Shown piece after piece: positions 51,791 through 60,868 of a stretch of 64,000 bases of DNA. The stretch comes from an uncultured bacterium. GTDB lineage: Bacteria > Planctomycetota > UBA1135 > GCA-002686595. The DNA lies in contig CALSNU010000003.1 in assembly GCA_943787795.1 (NCBI GenBank), positions 352,001 to 416,000 of the forward strand. Direction: 5' to 3'. A program made the translations under genes and the position numbers. The notes below the pieces were generated by a model. It was not told the origin of the DNA, did no database searches, and saw only the letters and a list, made by a program, of their open reading frames with translations. How positions within the stretch are numbered: the stretch's first letter is position 1; the number at the start of each line of letters is the position of its first letter.

Positions 51791-52477
51791 TCAGGTCGCG
51801 ACGGCCGAGAGCGTCCCGTCGTCCCCGATCTCGACCGTGCGGGTCGCGACCCGCTCCGCTTCCCCGGGGTCATGGGTCACGTGCAGGGTGGTCAGGCCGA
51901 GCTGGCCCTCGAGCTCGGCGAGGCGGTCGAGCAGGGCAGCTCGGCGTGGCGCGTCCAGGGGGCCGAGGGGTTCGTCAAGCAAGAGGATGCGCGGCTCGCT
52001 GGCGAGGGCGCGGGCCAGGGAGAGCCGCTGGGCCTCCCCGCCGGAGAGCGTCGGCGCCTTCTGACCGTTGATCCCAGTGAGGTCCACGAGCTCGAGGAGC
52101 TCTTCGGCTCGCTGCTTCGCCGGCGCGCCCGTGAGGCCGCGCCGCTTGAGGACGAACAGCAGAGTCTGGAGCACCGTCATGTGGGGCCAGAGGGCGCCGC
52201 CCTGGAACAGGAGCCCGACGCCGCGCTCCTGGGGGGGCGTGGAGCGGCTGCCGGCCCTGGAGGCGGAGCGGTCGAAGAGCATGATCTCACCCGCGGCGGG
52301 ATCCTCGAGGCCCGCGATGGCCCTCAGCAGGGTGCTCTTCCCCGACCCAGAGGGGCCGACGAGGAGCACGTGCTCTCCTTCCTGAACGTCCAGGTCCACA
52401 GGGCCCAGGATTCTCGTGGCGCCGGCCTGGACCGTGAGGCCGCGGATCGCGATGGCGTGTTGCTGGTGGTGGCTCAT
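51791..52477 (-). CDS. ABC transporter ATP-binding protein (FbpC-like, short)
   Basis: GPSGSGKS, LFQ..ALWPHMTV, LSGGEAQR, LLLDEP, VTHD. Confidence 0.9.
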   Translation of the reverse strand: MSHHQQHAIAIRGLTVQAGATRILGPVDLDVQEGEHVLLVGPSGSGKSTLLRAIAGLEDPAAGEIMLFDRSASRAGSRSTPPQERGVGLLFQGGALWPHMTVLQTLLFVLKRRGLTGAPAKQRAEELLELVDLTGINGQKAPTLSGGEAQRLSLARALASEPRILLLDEPLGPLDAPRRAALLDRLAELEGQLGLTTLHVTHDPGEAERVATRTVEIGDDGTLSAVAT

Positions 52478-54390
52478 GGGAGGAAGCGGAGGCGGCGCCT
52501 GGAGAAGAGCGTCCAGAGGAGGCCGGGGAGGAGGATGGCGAACACCACCAGGAGCGACAGCGCCGAGACGAAGTCGTCTCGTCCAAAGTGCACGGCGTTG
52601 AAGACGCGGAACATGGCCGTGTCGTTGGCGGCGGGGACCAGGACCGCGGCGTCCAGCTCGCGGACCGAGAGGGCGAACACCGCGATCCACGAGCCCGCGA
52701 GGGAGGTCCAGATTCCGGGCGTCAGGATCCCAAATAGGCGCCGGGCGGGGCCCGCGCCGGCGAGCTCGGCGGACTCCTCCAGGCGCCGGTCGAAGGACCG
52801 TACCGCCCCGGCGCAGATCAACGTCGCCACGGCGAGGAACCGACCGGCGAAGAGGACCACCACCAGCCCGCCGGAGTCGTAGAAGGAACCCGTGGCGTCA
52901 TGATTCCAGAGGACGATGGAGCCGATCCCGAACAGGGTGCCCGGGGCTGCGAGGGGCAGGATGGTGAGGAACTCGAGGGTCACACCGCGGCGGCCCCGGG
53001 CGATGGCGTGACCCAGGATCAGTGCCAGGGGGGTGGCGAGGGTGGCGGCGCCGAAGGCGAACAGCAGGCTCCACAGGAGGCTCTCCCGGGAGAGGTCCAG
53101 CGCTCGCGCGAAGGCACTGGCGACGTTGCTTGCGAACGCTGGCAGCCCGCCTCCGAAGTCCGAGAGGTCATCGGTGGCCGAGGCCTTCAGGGCAGCCTCG
53201 ACCTCGGGAGCGGCCGGGTCGACCGAGCGCTGGCGACCCTGCGGGGCGGCGGCCCTGGCGGGGGAGATCCCGGGGGAGATCCCGGGGGAGGGGCTGCTGG
53301 CGGGGGCCCCGCCGGAGGCCGCTCGGGCCGCGGCTTGGGCCGCAGAGACGGCGTCGGTGATCCCGGCGCCGGTCAGGGTCGGCGCAGGGGTGGCCCCCAT
53401 GTTCTGGGCCGCACCGCCTCCTTGGGTCCACCCGTCTCGCCGGATGGAGACGCCGCTGAAGACCCTTGAGCCGCCGCCCGATTCATACGCGAGGCGGCCG
53501 ATGGGGAGCAGGGCCCCCACGGTGACCACGGCCAGGCAGAAGAGGGTCGCGGGCGCGCGCCAGCGCCCGAGCTTGAGGGTCCGGGGGTGCTGGAACGTGG
53601 AGTCGATGGTCACCCCGCCGGAGCGGGCCCTCGCCCGCAGCAGGGGCAGGACCACCGCGGCAGTCAGGGCCAGCAGGGGGAGCGCCGTGGCCACGGCGCG
53701 CGCCTCGTTCCCGTCCACCTGCCAGGTGCTGAACACCTCGCCGGCGTAGACGTTGAACTTGCGCCCGACCGACGACACGTAGTCGGGTAGCGCGAAGTCG
53801 TTGATTGCCACGACAAAGGCCAGGAGTGAGCCTCCGAGGGCCGAGGGGAGGATCAGGGGGAGCTCCATGGCCAGCACGGACCCCAGGCCTCCTGTGAGGA
53901 GGGCGGCCTCCTCGCGGCGGGCATCGATGCGCTCGGCTGCGCGGGCCGCGAAGAGCGCCACCAGCGGGAATGAGCTGACCCCGAGGATCAGGGCGCACAT
54001 GACGGGGCCGCGCAGCGGGAGCAGCATGGTCCACGTCATGGCCAGCATGATCGGCGGCAGCAGGATGGGCACGATCCCCAGAGCCCGTAGCAGCCTGGCG
54101 CCGAGGACATCGGTCCGACTGACGAGGAAGCCGAAGGGGAGCCCGATGGCCAGGGCGATGGAGGCGGCACCCAGTCCCAGGAGGACGGTCCAGAGCAGCA
54201 GGAGAAGCGTGCGACCCCCGACCAGGTCGGTGATCACCGAGGGGTCCCCGGCGAGGCGTTCCGCCATGAGCAGCAGCGGCGCGAGGCACAGCACAAGAAA
54301 GCCGAGCAGGCCCACGGCGAGCAGGGGCCGGCTGACGAGCGCCGTGGATCGGTGGGGCTTGGCCAAGGGGTCAGCGGATGAAGGTCTCAC
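52474..54390 (-). CDS. Fe3+-type ABC transporter permease (FbpB-like) with a central low-complexity insert
   Basis: Two EAA-like loops (IDARREEAALLTG, FDRRLEESAELAGA); start uncertain (54390 or 54366). Confidence 0.85.
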   Translation of the reverse strand: MRPSSADPLAKPHRSTALVSRPLLAVGLLGFLVLCLAPLLLMAERLAGDPSVITDLVGGRTLLLLLWTVLLGLGAASIALAIGLPFGFLVSRTDVLGARLLRALGIVPILLPPIMLAMTWTMLLPLRGPVMCALILGVSSFPLVALFAARAAERIDARREEAALLTGGLGSVLAMELPLILPSALGGSLLAFVVAINDFALPDYVSSVGRKFNVYAGEVFSTWQVDGNEARAVATALPLLALTAAVVLPLLRARARSGGVTIDSTFQHPRTLKLGRWRAPATLFCLAVVTVGALLPIGRLAYESGGGSRVFSGVSIRRDGWTQGGGAAQNMGATPAPTLTGAGITDAVSAAQAAARAASGGAPASSPSPGISPGISPARAAAPQGRQRSVDPAAPEVEAALKASATDDLSDFGGGLPAFASNVASAFARALDLSRESLLWSLLFAFGAATLATPLALILGHAIARGRRGVTLEFLTILPLAAPGTLFGIGSIVLWNHDATGSFYDSGGLVVVLFAGRFLAVATLICAGAVRSFDRRLEESAELAGAGPARRLFGILTPGIWTSLAGSWIAVFALSVRELDAAVLVPAANDTAMFRVFNAVHFGRDDFVSALSLLVVFAILLPGLLWTLFSRRRLRFLP

Positions 54391-55417
54391 CGAGCTCGCT
54401 GGAGCGCGCGCCGATGGTGGCGCCGATGTCGCTGTACTTCACGTTCATGGCGCGGAAGTCTCCGATGCGGCCGACATGAGCGGGGCGCGGGACGTCCTCG
54501 CGCACTGGGATTTGAGCCGAGCGAGAGGCGGCGAGCCGCGCCTCGATCTCGCGGGTCAGCACCCAGTCGACGAAGCGCCGGGCGTTCTCGGGGTGGGGGG
54601 CGTCCTTGAGGATCATCACGCTGTTGGGGATCAGCAGCGTCCCCAGGGGCGCACCGTCCTTCATCAGCACGCCCGGCCCCGCCTCCTGGTCCGGGTAGAC
54701 GCGCCGGACGGGCGCTCCCTGGAGCCTCGCGACGTTGAAGTCGTCGGTGTCGGTCCAGGCCCAGGCGAGGGCGCCATTCTTGACGAGGGTCATGGATTGG
54801 CCGTTGCTCTCCGGCAGGTTGACGGAGCCGGACTGGTTGGACGTCACCACCCGCTTGAAGAACTCGCGTGCCCAGTCCTCGCCCATGACCTCGTAGAGCC
54901 CGGTGGCGTGGGTCAGCGTCGTCCCTGTGAGCGGGCGGGCGATGCCGCACTTCCCGGCCCAGCGGGGATCGAAGAGGTCCATCGTGCCCTTGGGGTCCTC
55001 GCCGGCTGGGACCAGGTCCGTGTTGACGATAAGGACCCGGGCCCGCGCGGCGAAGCCGGTCCAGCGGCGCTCGGGATCCCGGAAGAGCTCGGGGATCTCG
55101 GCCGCGCTGGGGGAGTCGTAGGGCTCGAGCAGCCCGAGCTCGGCGAGGCGGATGGTCTGCGCGATCTCGTTGTTCCAGAAGACATCCGTCCGGGGGCGGC
55201 CGGCCTCTTCGATGATGGCCCTGACGTGGCCGACCGTCTTGGATTGCTCGATGTCGTACTGGACGCGGACCTTCAGGCCGGAGCTCTGTTCGAAGTCACG
55301 CATGAGCTCCTCCGAGAAGACCTGGTCGAGGGACACGCGAACGACGAGGTCCGGCTCCGAGCAGGCGCTGAAGGTCGCGACGAGAACAGCGGGCAGGAGG
55401 ATTCTGGGGAGTCTCAT
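54371..55417 (-). CDS. Fe3+-type ABC transporter substrate-binding lipoprotein
   Basis: Lipobox FSA-C; PRTDVFWNNE, WTGFAARARV..VNT, TDTDD, IPNSV.I.K.APHPENA..FVD. Confidence 0.87.
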   Translation of the reverse strand: MRLPRILLPAVLVATFSACSEPDLVVRVSLDQVFSEELMRDFEQSSGLKVRVQYDIEQSKTVGHVRAIIEEAGRPRTDVFWNNEIAQTIRLAELGLLEPYDSPSAAEIPELFRDPERRWTGFAARARVLIVNTDLVPAGEDPKGTMDLFDPRWAGKCGIARPLTGTTLTHATGLYEVMGEDWAREFFKRVVTSNQSGSVNLPESNGQSMTLVKNGALAWAWTDTDDFNVARLQGAPVRRVYPDQEAGPGVLMKDGAPLGTLLIPNSVMILKDAPHPENARRFVDWVLTREIEARLAASRSAQIPVREDVPRPAHVGRIGDFRAMNVKYSDIGATIGARSSELGETFIR

Positions 55418-55520
55418 GTCCTGGAAGATAGGCACCCCAGACCGGCGGGCCACACCCCGGCACGAGGATGTCGCCGAAATCGGCCGCTAGGGCCCAGGAT
55501 GTGACGGCAGAATCCGGCGC

Positions 55521-56309
55521 ATGCTTTCAACCATCCTCCTGCTGCTGCCAGCAGGCTTCGACCCTCAAGGGGCAGAGGTCGAGACCTTTAGCCTCTTCCA
55601 TCCCGTTCCAGCGGACGCTCTCCGCCCCCTGTCCTCGGATCGTCCGGACGCCACGGAGAGCCCGATCACCGTGGACGCCGGGCACCTCCAGTTCGAGGTG
55701 AGCGTCGTCGACTGGACCCGAGATCGAGGCCGGGACCGCTTCGTGGGGTTCCAGACCAACGCCAAGGTCGGCCTCTCGGACCGGACGGATCTGCAGTTCC
55801 TCGTCGATCCCTACATCCGCCAAGACGCGGAGCTGGGCGGCGATGACTCGGGGATCGGCGATGTGGTGACCCGCCTTAAGGTCAACATGTGGGGCAACGA
55901 CGGCGGGGACTCCGCCTTCGCCCTGCTGCCCTTTGTCAGCTTCCCCGCGGGTGGGGATGTGGGGGGCTCCGAGATCGAGGGCGGCCTCGCCCTCCCGTAC
56001 GCCACGAGCCTGGGGGCGGTGAGCCTGGGCCTCATGGCCAGCTTTGACGCGGTGCATGATGACGTCGAGGATCGCTACGACCTTGAGGTGCTCCACACGG
56101 CGGTGGCGGGGTTCACCCTGGACGATCACACCGGGAGCTACCTGGAGTACGCGGGGATCGCGGGCCCAGACGACTACATCGCGACCCTGAACCTCGGCCT
56201 GACTCGCAATCTCTCGAGCGAGACGATCGTGGACCTTGGCGCCCGCGTGGGCCTGACCTCCGCGGCGGACGATATCGGACTGTTCTTCGGCTTTACCCGT
56301 CGATTCTGA
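55521..56309 (+). CDS. Outer-membrane beta-barrel 'transporter' (MetA-pathway/phenol degradation family-like)
   Basis: Signal peptide, DRPDATESPITVDAGHLQFE signature, GIGD...RLK, terminal Phe. Confidence 0.8.
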   Translation: MLSTILLLLPAGFDPQGAEVETFSLFHPVPADALRPLSSDRPDATESPITVDAGHLQFEVSVVDWTRDRGRDRFVGFQTNAKVGLSDRTDLQFLVDPYIRQDAELGGDDSGIGDVVTRLKVNMWGNDGGDSAFALLPFVSFPAGGDVGGSEIEGGLALPYATSLGAVSLGLMASFDAVHDDVEDRYDLEVLHTAVAGFTLDDHTGSYLEYAGIAGPDDYIATLNLGLTRNLSSETIVDLGARVGLTSAADDIGLFFGFTRRF

Positions 56310-56352
56310 GCGGCGCCTCTTCGCGGTCCAGCTGAGGCCTTACCGAGGCCCA

Positions 56353-56396
56353 GCTGGGGCCTCGCTGGGGCCTCGCTGGGGCCACGCTGGGGCCAC
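56353..56396. repeat. 11-bp tandem repeat GCTGGGGCC(T/A)C, 4 copies
   Basis: Read directly. Confidence 0.88.
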
Positions 56397-56596
56397 GGCG
56401 TCGGGTGACGGGGAGGTCGACGGGCGGGAGCGACCCCTCTTCCGGGGCATCTTCTGCTCGGCTCTCGCCTGCCAGCAGGTCGGCCGCACCGCGGTCGGGC
56501 TGGGCCGCTAATATCTCCGGCCCGCGCTGGCGCCGCTGTCGCTCCTGGCCCGCGCAGGGCACTCGCACCCCGAGTCCCCATTCCTCGATAGATCCA

Positions 56597-57772
56597 ATGA
56601 CGCTCGCCAACCGCATGCAGGTCCTCGGGACCGAGACCGCCTTCGAGGTCTTCGCCAAGGCCAAGGCCCTTGAAGCCACGGGCAAGGACGTGGTTCACCT
56701 CCACATCGGAGCCCCCGACTTCGAGACCCCGCCCAACATCGTCGAGGCCGGGCGCAAGGCCCTGGCCGACGGCTACCACAAGTACACCCCGGCGAAGGGA
56801 CTCCCCGAGCTCCGCGAGGCGGTCGTGGACAACGTGCGCGAGTTCCGGGGCGCGGAGATCGACGCGGACAACGTGCTCATCGTGCCTGGCGGCAAGCCGA
56901 CGATGTTCTATGCGATCATGATGTTCGGCGAGCCGGGCAAGGAGATCGTGTATCCGAACCCCGGGTTCCCGATCTACGAGAGCCTCATCCACTGGTCGGG
57001 CGCGAGGCCGGTGCCGTATGCCCTGCCCGAGGACCGCGGCTTCTCGTTCTCGGCGGAGGACGTGCTCTCCAGCATCACGCCCCAGACCTCGCTGCTCATC
57101 GTCAACACGCCGGCCAACCCCACCGGGGGCGTCGTGCCGCGCTCGGAGATGGACGCCCTCGTGGCCGGCCTCGAGCAGCACCCGCACGTGACGATCCTCT
57201 GCGATGAGATCTACAGCCGTCAGCTCTACGACGGTGAAGAGCATGTCTCGATCCTGCAGTACGAGTCCGTGCGAGATCGCGCGATCATGCTCGACGGGTG
57301 GAGCAAGACCTACGCCATGACGGGCTGGCGACTGGGGTACGGGGTCTGGCCCTCCGACCTCGTCGCGCACGCAGAGCGGCTGCAGATCAACTCCAGCTCG
57401 TGCGCCAACGCCGCCACGCAGGTGGCAGCGATCGAGGCCATGCGCGGGCCCCAGAGCGCGGTGGACGAGATGCTCGAGGCGTTTGATGGCCGGCGGAAGA
57501 TCATCCACGAGGAGCTTAACGCGATTCCCGGCTTCTCCTGCGTCATGCCCAAGGGGGCCTTCTACGCCTTCCCGAACACCTCCGGCACGGGGATCTCGAG
57601 CCGTGTGCTCGAGGACGAGCTCCTCAATGAGGCTGGCGTCGCTTGCCTCGCCGGGACGAGCTTCGGCGACTTCGGCGAGGGGTACATGCGCTTCAGCTAT
57701 GCCAACAGCGCAGAGAACATCCGCGAGGGGCTACGCCGGGTGCGGGCGCACCTCGAGCAGCGGGGGAGCTGA
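56597..57772 (+). CDS. Class I PLP-dependent aminotransferase (aspartate aminotransferase-like)
   Basis: IGAPDF.TP, NTPANPTG, DEIY, DGWSKTYAMTGWRLGY, GAFYAFP, RFSYA. Confidence 0.93.
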   Translation: MTLANRMQVLGTETAFEVFAKAKALEATGKDVVHLHIGAPDFETPPNIVEAGRKALADGYHKYTPAKGLPELREAVVDNVREFRGAEIDADNVLIVPGGKPTMFYAIMMFGEPGKEIVYPNPGFPIYESLIHWSGARPVPYALPEDRGFSFSAEDVLSSITPQTSLLIVNTPANPTGGVVPRSEMDALVAGLEQHPHVTILCDEIYSRQLYDGEEHVSILQYESVRDRAIMLDGWSKTYAMTGWRLGYGVWPSDLVAHAERLQINSSSCANAATQVAAIEAMRGPQSAVDEMLEAFDGRRKIIHEELNAIPGFSCVMPKGAFYAFPNTSGTGISSRVLEDELLNEAGVACLAGTSFGDFGEGYMRFSYANSAENIREGLRRVRAHLEQRGS

Positions 57773-57776
57773 GGTC

Positions 57777-58805
57777 ATGGGGGCAGACTTTCGGAGCGAC
57801 ACCGTGACCCGGCCGTCCGCGGCCATGCGGGCGGCGATCCTCGAGGCCGAGGTGGGCGATGACGTGCTCGACGGCGACCCGACGGTCCGGCTCCTCGAAG
57901 AGGAGGCCGCCGCCTGGCTGGGCAAGGAGCGCGCGCTCTTTGTCCCCTCGGGCACCATGGCCAACCAGGTCGCTCTCGGCGCTTGGACTTGCCCAGGAGA
58001 CGAGATCATCTGTCAGCGCTGGGCCCACGTGACCACCTACGAGGGTGGTGCCGCCGGCTTCCTCCACGGACTGCAGTCCATGACCCTCGGCGGCCGCGAT
58101 GGACGGATGAGCGCCGCGGAGGTCGAGGAGGCCATGCGCCCTGACTTCATTCACTGCCCCAAGACGGCCCTGGTCTGCCTCGAGCAGACTCACAATGTCG
58201 CCGGAGGCGTCGTGGTCCCCATGGAGGAGGTCTCGGCCATCTCCGCGGTCGCTCGTGGCCGCGGGGTCCCCGTGCACCTGGATGGCGCGCGGCTCGCGAA
58301 TGCGGTCGTGGCCTCAGGGATCCCCGCGGCGGACTGGACCGTCCACGCCGACTCGGTGTCCCTGTGTCTCTCCAAGGGCCTCGGGGCGCCCGTGGGGTCC
58401 GTGGTCGCCGGGGACGCCGCCTTCATCGAGCGCGCCATGCGCGTCCGGAAGCGGCTCGGCGGCTGGATGAGGCAGGCCGGTCTCCTCGCTGCAGCTGCTC
58501 GGGTTGCGCTCGCAGAGAACGTCGGACGCCTGGCGCTGGACCATGCCCTGGCGCGCGAGGTGGCCGAGCGCCTCGGCAGGATTGACGGCCTGGAAGCGGA
58601 TCCCTCGCTGGTGGCCACCAACATCGCCATGGTGACCGTGGACCGAGAGGGTCTCTCAGCGGCTCGGGTGGCGGAGCTTCTCGGTGAGCACGGGGTGCAG
58701 GTCATGGCGATGGGGCCGCAGGTGCTGCGGTTCGTCACCCACCTCGACCTCGCCGCGGGTGACGTGCAGCGGCTCGAGGAGGCCGCGCAGGCGGTCATGG
58801 CTTGA
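57777..58805 (+). CDS. ltaE: Low-specificity L-threonine aldolase
   Basis: DFRSDTVTRPS, GDDV..GDPTV, PSGTMAN, EQTHN.AGG, HLDGARLAN, CLSKGLGAPVGS, GG.MRQAG. Confidence 0.93.
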   Translation: MGADFRSDTVTRPSAAMRAAILEAEVGDDVLDGDPTVRLLEEEAAAWLGKERALFVPSGTMANQVALGAWTCPGDEIICQRWAHVTTYEGGAAGFLHGLQSMTLGGRDGRMSAAEVEEAMRPDFIHCPKTALVCLEQTHNVAGGVVVPMEEVSAISAVARGRGVPVHLDGARLANAVVASGIPAADWTVHADSVSLCLSKGLGAPVGSVVAGDAAFIERAMRVRKRLGGWMRQAGLLAAAARVALAENVGRLALDHALAREVAERLGRIDGLEADPSLVATNIAMVTVDREGLSAARVAELLGEHGVQVMAMGPQVLRFVTHLDLAAGDVQRLEEAAQAVMA

Positions 58806-59077
58806 CCGAATTGCGCCCGGTCGCGGACAGTTTTACCTTCTCATTTCGGGAGGCGACGGGGCCCTTGCGCGTGGGCTAAGGACGGGGCAACGGAGTCGAG
58901 GAACCTCTTCGGCAGATGCCCGCTGGTCGATTCGAGACAACCCGCCGCAGTGCGACAAGGGGTCCGCGGGTGTTGCTTCTTGCGGACTGTGGTTCGGGGG
59001 TGGACACTCGCTGCTGAGATCGCTCCCCGGCCGGGGAACGCGCCGCCGTTGATCGTTCTTCCACAGCTCTCCACTTC

Positions 59078-60694
59078 ATGAGAATTCTCCCCATCCTCGC
59101 AGCTGGCCTGCTCGCCTCCTCGCTCTCGTCCAGCGCCGCAGCTCAGTGCCCCGGTTCACAGCCTGGCGCTGACGTCATCGTTGGCCAGATCCCGAACATC
59201 TCGAACTACGGGCAGCTGAACGGCATGGCCGCTTACGCGCTGGGGACCACGTCCTGCAACGTGGGAGACCAGGAGCTGCTCTGGTTCGCGAACAACACGA
59301 ACCACCCGGTCATCGGGCAGAACATCTACCGCCTCGAGAACGGGCGGTTCGAGCAGGTCGGGATGAGCTGGCTGAAGCACGGCTTCACCGCGCTGCAGCA
59401 GAACCTCTGCTGTAACTGCAACAGCTCCGGCACCGGCTCGCGCCTCGGTGTTGGGTGCTCGGATCCGTACAGCTCCGGCCTCAACGGTTCGCAGAGTGGC
59501 CTCGGCCCGAAGTTCCAGGTCAACGCCTTCACCGGCGCGTTCAACTACCCGTTCGCCCAGCAGGGCCAGACGGGCGACCGGATCTTCAAGCGCATCCAGG
59601 TCCCGGTGGACGACGTGCTCGCGTCTCAGCACCCGACGGCCCGCTACTTCGGTGAGGCCCAGTACATCGCCCCGGACGACGCGGCGGCCGGGAACGGCTT
59701 CAACAACGTCTCCTGGTGCAACCTCAACCGTCCGCAGTCCGGCACGAGCCTCAGCATCGGCGGCGGTACGAACCGCGAGCAGGCTGCGATCCGGGCCTGG
59801 GCGGTCTACGAGCCGAACGCCACCGTCACCGACGTCAACGTCCCCGGTGAGGGTCAGTTCGTTCTGGGTCAGAACGTCATCGATCTGGGCAACGGCACCT
59901 GGCGCTACGAGTTCGCGATCTTCAACAACAACAGCCACTTCAGCGGCGAGTCCTTCTCCGTGCCCGTCGGCACCGGTTCGACTCTCCTCGACGTCGGCAT
60001 GTCCTTCCCGCACTACCACTCGGGCGAGCCGTACACCAACACGGCCTGGACCGGGACGCAGGCGGGCGGCGCGATCACCTGGAGCACCGAGGCCTTCGCG
60101 GTGAACGAGAACGCCAACGCGCTCCGCTGGGGAACGACCTACAGCTTCTGGTTCACCTCCAACGGTGAGCCGACGGCTGGCACCGCCACGCTCGGCCTCT
60201 TCCGCCCGGGCAACCCTGGCGACCAGCAGGTCTCAATCCTGGTCCCTGGCGACCCCTCGGGCAGCGGCGCCGTCATCACCAGCTACTGCGACGCCAACCC
60301 GAACTCCACCGCGGTGGCCGGTGATATCACCGCCAGCAACGTGGATCAGTCCGCTCGTACCATGGAACTCGAAGCGAGCAACCTCCCGGCGAACTCCAAC
60401 GGCTTCTTCATCTCCTCGCTGGATCAGGCCTTCGTGGCCGGCGCCGGCGGCAGCGCGGGCAACCTCTGCCTCGGCGGCAGCATCGGCCGCGGCGTCGCGG
60501 GTGGGATCAAGTCCTCCGGGAGCACCGGGGCCTTCTCCGGCACCGTTGATCTGGACGCCATCCCCACGGGGAACGGCAGCATGTCGGCCATGACGGGGCA
60601 GACCTGGTACTTCCAGGCCTGGCACCGTGACAGCCTCATCCCCGGCTTCACCACGTCGAACTTCACCGACGGCGTGAGCGTCCTGTTCTTCTAA
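59078..60694 (+). CDS. Secreted Cys-containing protein: putative lysyl-oxidase-like N-terminal domain, middle beta domain, conserved C-terminal domain
   Basis: Signal peptide (…SSAAAQ); strongly biased codon usage; LOX-like motifs and C-terminal YC.ANPNST…NLCLGG.IGR…WYFQAWHRD…SNFTDG (see findings). Confidence 0.8.
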   Translation: MRILPILAAGLLASSLSSSAAAQCPGSQPGADVIVGQIPNISNYGQLNGMAAYALGTTSCNVGDQELLWFANNTNHPVIGQNIYRLENGRFEQVGMSWLKHGFTALQQNLCCNCNSSGTGSRLGVGCSDPYSSGLNGSQSGLGPKFQVNAFTGAFNYPFAQQGQTGDRIFKRIQVPVDDVLASQHPTARYFGEAQYIAPDDAAAGNGFNNVSWCNLNRPQSGTSLSIGGGTNREQAAIRAWAVYEPNATVTDVNVPGEGQFVLGQNVIDLGNGTWRYEFAIFNNNSHFSGESFSVPVGTGSTLLDVGMSFPHYHSGEPYTNTAWTGTQAGGAITWSTEAFAVNENANALRWGTTYSFWFTSNGEPTAGTATLGLFRPGNPGDQQVSILVPGDPSGSGAVITSYCDANPNSTAVAGDITASNVDQSARTMELEASNLPANSNGFFISSLDQAFVAGAGGSAGNLCLGGSIGRGVAGGIKSSGSTGAFSGTVDLDAIPTGNGSMSAMTGQTWYFQAWHRDSLIPGFTTSNFTDGVSVLFF

Positions 60695-60713
60695 GAGCCG
60701 CTCCGGAGACTCG

Positions 60714-60748
60714 GCGCCTCGCCCTCCCGCTCGCGGGGGGCGAGGCGC
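60714..60748 (+). terminator. Terminator-like hairpin after the secreted protein gene
   Basis: GCGCCTCGCCCTCCCGC / GCGGGGGGCGAGGCGC long stem about 20 nt after TAA; short U tract. Confidence 0.6.
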
Positions 60749-60868
60749 TTCCATAGGCGCCCCTCGGCCGCGCTAGTGCCCGGTCCCGGTCCGCCCGACG
60801 GAGCGGAGCGAGGATTCGGGCTCCCTACTCGTCGCCGCTCGCCCGCAGTGACTATCCTGCTGCCGATC

